From Burkholderiales bacterium (GTDB lineage Bacteria; Pseudomonadota; Gammaproteobacteria; Burkholderiales; SG8-39), in contig DATHYT010000074.1 in assembly GCA_035459025.1 (NCBI GenBank), forward strand, positions 5,378-69,377: a stretch of 64,000 bases of DNA, given 5' to 3'. Shown piece after piece: positions 54,269-61,600 of the stretch. The translations under genes and the position numbers were made by a program. The notes beneath the pieces are model-generated. The model was given only the letters and a program-made list of their open reading frames with translations, searched no databases and had not been told where the DNA came from. Position 1 is the stretch's first letter; the number at the start of each line of letters is the position of its first letter.

Positions 54269-55684
54269 TTAGCGCTCGCGCGCCGCTTCGTGGAAGCCCT
54301 TGCGTACGGGGGAAAGGAGATACTCGAGCACCGTGCGCGTGCCGAGGTGGATCTCGGCAGTGACCTGCATGCCCGGAGAGAGTCGATGGGTGACGCCATC
54401 GGCCTCCAGCGTCTGAGTCTTCAGATCGACGAGCGTCCGGTACGCCAGGGCGCCGCGCGCAGGGGCCGTTGAGGCGCTCGCCGTTTCCGGCCCCGCCCCC
54501 GCCTGCTCGGAAGCGTCCGCACTCAGGTGCGCGACCGTGCCTTGCAGCATGCCGTACTTCTGGAACGTGAACGCGGCGAGCTTGAGTTTCACCGGTTGCT
54601 GCTCGCGCACGAAGCCGATGTCGTCGTTCTGCACCCAGACCTCGGCGCGCAGCGCTTCGTCCTTCGGTACCAGGGTCATCAGGATGGTGCCCGGGCTGAC
54701 CACGGCGCCGATCGTGTGCGTCGCCAGATCCTTGACCTGACCCTCGGCGGGCGCGCGCAGTTCGAGATAGTTGTGGCGGTGCTCCTGCTTCGCGAGATCC
54801 AGCGTCAGGCGCTCGAGCTGGGAGGCGACTTCCACCCGCTCGGTCTGCAGCCGCCGCCGATAGTCGGCCGTGAGCTGCGCGATTCGCCTTTTCTGCTGCG
54901 CGATGGTGGCGCTGGCCGATGCAATCGCCGCCTCCTGCGCACGCAAATCCTGCTCTTTTTCGATGCGCTCGCGCTGCTTGTCGGTATACATCAGGCGTCC
55001 GGCAAAGCCGTCACGCGTGAGCTTCTCGTACGCGGCCTCCTGGCTGCGGTAGTGCGGTAGCACGCTTCGCAGCTTGTCACGGACTTCCTCAGCGGCCCGG
55101 AGCTCGAAGCGCGCCTTGTCGAGAGTCGCGCGTTCCTGGGCGAGGGCTGTTTCGTAAGCTTGGCGGTTCGCGTGATACTGGGCCAGTACGTGGGTGAACT
55201 GCGCCGCGGGTTCGTCCGCCCTGCGCGTCAGGGGCGAGCCGACAAGCTCCGCATCGATGCGGCGTAGCGCGAGTCGCTTGCCGCCGACCTCGGCGGTGAG
55301 TGCCTTGAGGTCCGAATCGGATAGCGCCGCGTCCATGCGCATCAGCACCTGGCCCGCGCTGACGGTCTGGCCCTCCCGAACGAGAATCTCCTTGACGACG
55401 CCCGCGTCCGCCGGCTGAACGATCTTCAGGTAGCTGTCCGGCACGAGCCGACCCTCGGCGACAGCGACCACATCCAGCCTGCCGAAAACGGACCATGCAA
55501 GCAGCGATGCAACAAAGATCAACGCCGCCCAAAGCACCCGGCGCCCGAGCGGCGAGGGCGGAGACTCCTGCAGGCGGACGATTGCCGGACGGAACTCGCG
55601 CGCATCGGCACGGATGCGCGCGCCAAGACTCAGCAGCGCCCTTTCGAGCGAAGGCGGATCGCCGTCTTCGGCTTGCTTGCTCAT
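54269..55684 (-). CDS. hlyD: HlyD-family type I secretion periplasmic adaptor (membrane fusion protein)
   Basis: 471 aa with an N-terminal TM (VLWAALIFVASLLAW), lipoyl-like hairpin (IVQPADAGVVKEILVREGQTVSAGQVL), a long coiled coil and a C-terminal beta-barrel. Its ATG overlaps the RTX gene stop. Confidence 0.88.
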   Translation of the reverse strand: MSKQAEDGDPPSLERALLSLGARIRADAREFRPAIVRLQESPPSPLGRRVLWAALIFVASLLAWSVFGRLDVVAVAEGRLVPDSYLKIVQPADAGVVKEILVREGQTVSAGQVLMRMDAALSDSDLKALTAEVGGKRLALRRIDAELVGSPLTRRADEPAAQFTHVLAQYHANRQAYETALAQERATLDKARFELRAAEEVRDKLRSVLPHYRSQEAAYEKLTRDGFAGRLMYTDKQRERIEKEQDLRAQEAAIASASATIAQQKRRIAQLTADYRRRLQTERVEVASQLERLTLDLAKQEHRHNYLELRAPAEGQVKDLATHTIGAVVSPGTILMTLVPKDEALRAEVWVQNDDIGFVREQQPVKLKLAAFTFQKYGMLQGTVAHLSADASEQAGAGPETASASTAPARGALAYRTLVDLKTQTLEADGVTHRLSPGMQVTAEIHLGTRTVLEYLLSPVRKGFHEAARER

Positions 55685-58600
55685 CCGAGATTCCTGAAGC
55701 CTTCACCAAGCCCGGTGAACGACTGCAAGCCCGCGTACGCGTGACGACGGCCGGTCGAGGATGCGTGGCCCCACCCGGTGTCGCCGTGCGCGAGCAAATG
55801 GTCTCGATCGCGACCGTCCTGCGCCCCGTGGCTCGCTTCTTGGTGACTCTGCTCCAGGCAGCCGAGGGCGCTCTGGACCTCGGCCCACTGCCCGGCTACG
55901 CGCGCCCAGGTCCTCGCCTCCGCGCGTTGCTCTGCCTGCTGCCGGAGGTAGTCAGCGACGGCGCCGAAGTCGTAGCGCGCAGCGGCCTCGAGGCGGCGAG
56001 CAATCAACGCGCGCGCGTCGCGAGCACCATAGTCCTCGCCGCTCGATCTCCCGCGATGGCCGTCGCCGCCCCGGTCATGCCATTGATGCCGACGTTTCTC
56101 GTCGTTCCACTCCCCGTCGCGCCGGTCGTCCGACCAGCTGCCCACGGTATGTCGCTTCGCCTGCCACCAGAGCTCAGCCTCGCCCCACGAGCTGCCATCG
56201 GCAAACTCCACGCGCTCGACGCGCCTGGAATCCGAGTCGAACCAGTTGCGGACGGTGACGCTGCCCCCATACCCCTTCAACCTGAGAACCAGGTCGCCCC
56301 GGTCGCGCATCACCGCCACATCGTGCCGGGAGATACCCGCGCCGAAGCGCAGCACATCGTGTCCTCCCGTCTCGATGATCAGGTCATCGCCATCGCCTCT
56401 GGCGAAGAGATAGGCGTCATCGCCATTTCCGCCAAGGATCAGGTCGTCGTCCTTGCCACCCTCGATGACGTCGCTGCCCGCGAGTCCGATCAACAGGTCG
56501 CCGCCCTGGCGGCCCTCGATCGTATCGTCGTATGGCGTGCCGACCAGCACATCGCCACGGCTCGTGCCGATGAGGTGCTTTCCGGAGGGTTCCTCGCCCA
56601 CCACAGTGATGCGGAATTCGTCGCTCGCCGATACGCCCGCGAGGTCGGTCGCCGTGACGCGCACGTCCAAGGGTCCGGCATCGGAGGCGGCCGGCGTGCC
56701 CGAGAAGCTCCTCGATGCCGCATCGAAGACCAGCCACTCCGGCAGCGCCGAGCCGTCAGCCCGCGTTGCCGCATAGGTAAGCGCGTCACCGGGATCAACG
56801 TCGGTGAACATGCCTGCCTCCAGCGACAGCGCGAAGCCGGATCCCACCGAGACGGACTGATCGGCCACCGGAAGCGCGAGCTCGGGCGCGTCGTTGACGT
56901 TGATCACGGTCAGCACGAACTCGTCGCTCGCCGACTGGCTTGCGCCGTCCGTCGCCGTCACCCGGATCGCGTACTCACCCACATCAGCGTTCCCGGGCAG
57001 GCCGGAGAACGCCGCGCTCTCCGGGTCAAAGGCAAGCCAGGCCGGCAGCTCGGACCCGTCCGCGCGCGACGCAGCGAACGTCAGCGTGTCCGCGGTGTCG
57101 GGGTCCACGAACGTCCCCGGCTGGAGCACGTGCACGAAAGCCTCGTCCTCCAGCGTCGAAACGTCGTCGATCGGGCGCGACAGAACCGGCGGATCGTTCA
57201 CCGGCTGGCTGGCGAGGAACTCGATCATTGCCGCATCCCACGCGGTGCCGTCGGCGAAGCGCACGGCCTCGATGCGCGAGGCGGTATCAAACCAGCTGCG
57301 CAGCCGCACCTCGCCGCCGCCCTGGACCACGAGCCGTACGTCCTGATCGTCGCGCCTTACGCGAACCGCAGCGCTCGTGATCCCCTGGCCGAAGCGCACT
57401 TCGTCGGCGTTTCCAGGCGTCGCGTCGACGTCATCGACGACGTCGTTGCCGTCGCCCTGGTCGTACAAGTACGCATCGTTCCCCGCACCGCCGCGCAGCC
57501 AGTCGTCGCCGCGACCCCCGCGCAAGGTGTTCGCACCCGCATTGCCGTCGATCACGTTGTTGCCGTCGTTTCCGGTCGCGCTCAGCGGCGCCGTCCCGGT
57601 GAGCACCAGGTTCTCGACGTGGGGCGCCAGGGCGTGGCTCGCAGAGGCGAACACCGTGTCGGTGCCTTCGTCGGGGGCTTCGGTGACCCGGTCGAGCCGG
57701 TTGTCCACGTAGTAGGTGTCGTTCCCTTTGCCGCCGAGCATGTAGTCGGAGCCGGTGCCGCCGTCGAGGACATCGTCGCCGCCCTCGCCGTACAGGGTGT
57801 CCTCGCCCGCGAGCCCGAGGAGGGTCTCGCCCCGGTCTGAAGCGAAGATGGTGTCGTCCGCACTACTCGCCGCCGACACCTGCAACGCAAGGCGCACCGC
57901 GGCCTCGTCGAGCGAGCTGCCGTCGGCGAACCGGAACATCTCGATGCGGGTGTCCGCGCGATAGAACCAGTCGACGAGCGTCAGGCGATCCGCGCCCGCG
58001 CCTACGTACAGGTTGGAGAGATCGCGCGTGAACACGACCGCGGCAGGCGCGATGGTCGAGTCGAAGATCACTTCATCCGAACCGCCGACGTCGAGCGCCC
58101 AATCCTGCCCGTACCCGGCACCAAACACGTAGCGATCGTCGCCAGCACCCCCTTCGAGAATGTCGCGCCCGATACCGCCGTCCAGCGTATCGTTGCCGGC
58201 CTCACCAACAAGGTAATCGTCGCCATCGCCTCCCCGCAGCGTGTCGTTGCCGGGCCCGCCCAATAGCGTGTCGTCGCCGCCGAGCCCGTCCAGCACGTCA
58301 TCGCCGCCCGAGCCGCGGAAGAAATCGGCCGCCGGGGTCAAGTCGGCGACAAGGCCGAGCATTGCAGCTGCAGGAGTCACGGTGTCGCCCCGCGGGGCCG
58401 TTTCCGTAGACGATTCGGCAAGAACAGTGCCGCTGGCGGTTGTCCCTGGAGCTTTCAGCGGCTGGCCTGTCGCGAGCGCGGTCACCATTGCCGCGTCCCA
58501 TACTGTTCCGTCGGCAAAGCGCACCGCCTCGATCTGCATCGCGCTGCCGTTGAACCAGTTCTGCACTGTCAGCTGGTCAGCGCCGCCCGCAAGAGTGAAC

Positions 58601-61600
58601 CGCACGTCCGAGACCGCCCTTGCGACCGTCACGTCCGAAGGCAAGGCGTCGAAGACGATCGAATCCGCGTTGCCGGCATTCGGATCGTTCTCGACGATGA
58701 GGTCCGACCCGTAGCCGAGCTTGAACACGTACGTGTCGCCGCCGAGACCACCACGCAGCTCGTCATCGCCGACGCCGCCGTCGAGCATGTCGTTGCCCGG
58801 GCCACCGCTCAACAGGTCGTAGCCGGCTTCGCCCAGGAGGACGTCGTCGCCATCCTCGCCGTCCAGCGTGTCCGAGCCGGTGCCGCCCGAAATATGGTCG
58901 TCGCCATCGCCGGCGAAGACGACGTCGAAACCACCCAGCGTCGCAATGATGTCCGCCGCGTCAGTCCCGACGATGAAGTCGTCGCCTTCGGTCGGCGCAT
59001 CCACTATCGCCTTGAGGGAGGCGCCGTCCCACACCGTGCCGTCGGCAAACGCCACGGCACCCGCCGCACCTTGCCCGAACCAGTTCTCCAGCGTCACGTA
59101 CCGGCCGGCCGAGTCCACCTCCAGGTAGAGGTGCTCGACGTCGCGCGCGATGCGCACCTGCGCCGGCGCGATGCCGGCGCCGAAGAGCAGCGTGTCCCCG
59201 ACGCCGAGATCGACGATCGAGTCGCTGCCGAAACCGGCGCCGGTGAGGAAGAGATCTTGCCCCTCGCCGCCGGTGAGATGGTTCGCGCCCGCGCCCCCCT
59301 GCAGGACGTCGTTGCCCGCACCGCCCACCAGGATGTCATCGCCCAATCCGCCATCCAGCGTGTCGTCGCCCGCGCCGGCGTCGATGAAGTCGTCTCCCCC
59401 GAGACCCGCGATGGCGTCGGCAGCCCCGGTGCCGTAGAGGACGTCGGCGCGCTCCGCGGCGGTCGCCATCGGCGCAAGCGCCGCGAGATCCGCACCGCTC
59501 CACTCGGATCCGTCCGCGAACAGCACGCGCTCCACCCCATACCCAGGCCGCCCGAAGGAACGTATGGCGAGGCTGTCCCCGCTCGCCGCCACCGTCAGCA
59601 GGATGTCGCCGCCCCGGCGCGTGAGGGCAAGGTCGCCGGCCGCGATGCCTTCGCCCAGGACGACGGTGTCCACGTCCGCGCCGCTCCCGTCGAAGTCGAG
59701 CAGCGTGTCATGGCCGGACCCGACACCGAACACATAGGTATCGGAGCCGGCGCCGCCATAGAGGCCGTCGTCTCCCGCACCGCCGTCGAGCAGGTCATCG
59801 CCTCGCCCGCCTTCGAGAAGGTCGTCACCGTCGCCGCCTTCGAGCCTGTCAGCGCCGGCACCGCCGCCCAGCTGATCCTTCCCTGTACCGCCAAGCAGCG
59901 TGTCGGCCCCCGACCCGCCAGTGAGGATGTCGCTGCCCTCGCCGCCGAACAGCAAGTCGTCGCCCGCCTCGCCTTGAAGCGCATCGTCGCCAGCACCGCC
60001 GTCAAGGGTGTCGTCGCCCTCCCCGCCGAAGATCTGGTCGTTGCCCGCGTTCCCCGAAAGCGTGTCGTCGCCCTCCTGGCCGCGCATCGTGTCGTTCGCC
60101 GCGCCGGCAGAGTACGTATCTGCGCCAGGGGTACCGAAGAAAAACCCGCTCTGCCCCGAGGTCCAGGCGTACGGGATGCGCGCGCCGACGAACGCCGCGT
60201 CCCAGACCGTGCCGTCGGCGAACTCGAAGCTGCCGTCGATGCGCGACTGGTCGAACCAGTTCAATAGCGTCAGCTGCCCGCCGTTGCCGGAGATCGTGAC
60301 CTGGAGGTTGCGCTGCCCGAACGCGAAGTTCACCCCGGTCAGGGTCACGTCCCCGGGGGCGATGCCCTCGCCGAACATGATTCGCGGGAACCGGCCGTTG
60401 ATCGTGTCGCTGCCGTCGCCGCGCCAGAAGACGTAGGTGTCGTTCCCGCCGCCGCCGGTGATGGTGTCGTTGCCCATGCCGCCGATGAACAGGTCGTCGC
60501 CTTCTCCACCTGTGAGAGTGTTGTTGCCGGTCCCGCCCTCAATCAACGCCACCGTCTGTATGTGCGCCTCGATCTGGTCGGCGCCCCACAGCGTCCCGTC
60601 GGCGAACTCCAGCCGCAGGCGGTCGCGGCCGGCGAGGCCGCGCAGCGGGCCATTGATGACGAGCGAGTCGGGCGTGCCGACCAACTCGAGGATCAGCGCC
60701 GAGCTTGGGCCGCGGCGCAGGCGCACCTGCTCCGGAGTGATTTCCTGGCCGAGCACGATCGTCTCGACGCCGAGGTTCTCGACTGCGCTCGACCGGTGGA
60801 GCGTGTCCTGGCCGAAGCCGCGGCCGAAGCGGATGCGGTTGTCGCCACTGCCGGGTACGAGGGTGTCGTTGCCTGCCCCGCCGTCGAGCTGATCGTCGCC
60901 ACTGCCCGTGCTGAAGTTGTCGTTGCCGGCGCCGCCGTAGAGCGTGCCGTGGCCGCTCTGGTCGTTGACGAAATCGCTCGCGCCCTGGCCGAAGAACAGC
61001 TCGTCGTGGATTCCCAGGGTCGAAGTGCCGCCGGCGCCGATGTGGCGCTTGCTCCCGGTTACGGTGCCAGGCCAGAAATCGAACCTGCCGAGATCCCAGA
61101 CCGTGCCGTCCTCGAATTCGGCAAGTTCGACCCGGCCGATCACGTCGCTCCAGCTCGAGACCGTGAGCGAGTCGCCGGTGGCATCGAGGTAAAAGGTGGG
61201 GACGATGCCGTCGAAGGCCACGCGCACGTCCTGCGGCGTGACGCCGGGGCCGAACCGGATGGTGTCGCGTGCGCCGGCGGTCGCACGGTTCAGCGCCCCG
61301 TCGAGCGTATTACCGGGCTCCTGGATCGTGTCGTTCCCGGAACCGAAGCCGAAGAGGTAGGTGTCATTGCCGTAGCCGCCCGCGAGTACGTCGTTTCCCG
61401 GCGTGCCGGCGAGCGTGTCGTCGAGCGAGGCCGCGGGCACGTAGCCGACGAGCAAGGCGAGTGTTGCGCTGTCCCACTCGGTGCCGTCGGCGAAGCGCAC
61501 CGCGAGCGGCCCCAGACCGAGCTCGCTCGCGAACCAGTTGCCCATCGAAAGGCTCGACGCGGAGCCCGGCGTCTCGAGCAGCAGGTTGTCGCCGACCCTG

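Noticed and set aside
55495-57840. The 781-aa plus-strand ORF antisense to the 3' part of the RTX gene and to the hlyD start.
   Set aside because: The antisense frame of a Gly/Asp-rich repeat gene stays open by composition. It has no motifs and no ribosome-binding site.
58300-58420. An RGD tripeptide (TAPRGDTVTP) and other RGD occurrences in the RTX protein, as possible integrin-binding motifs.
   Set aside because: RGD is expected by chance many times in a protein this rich in Gly and Asp. There is no supporting context.
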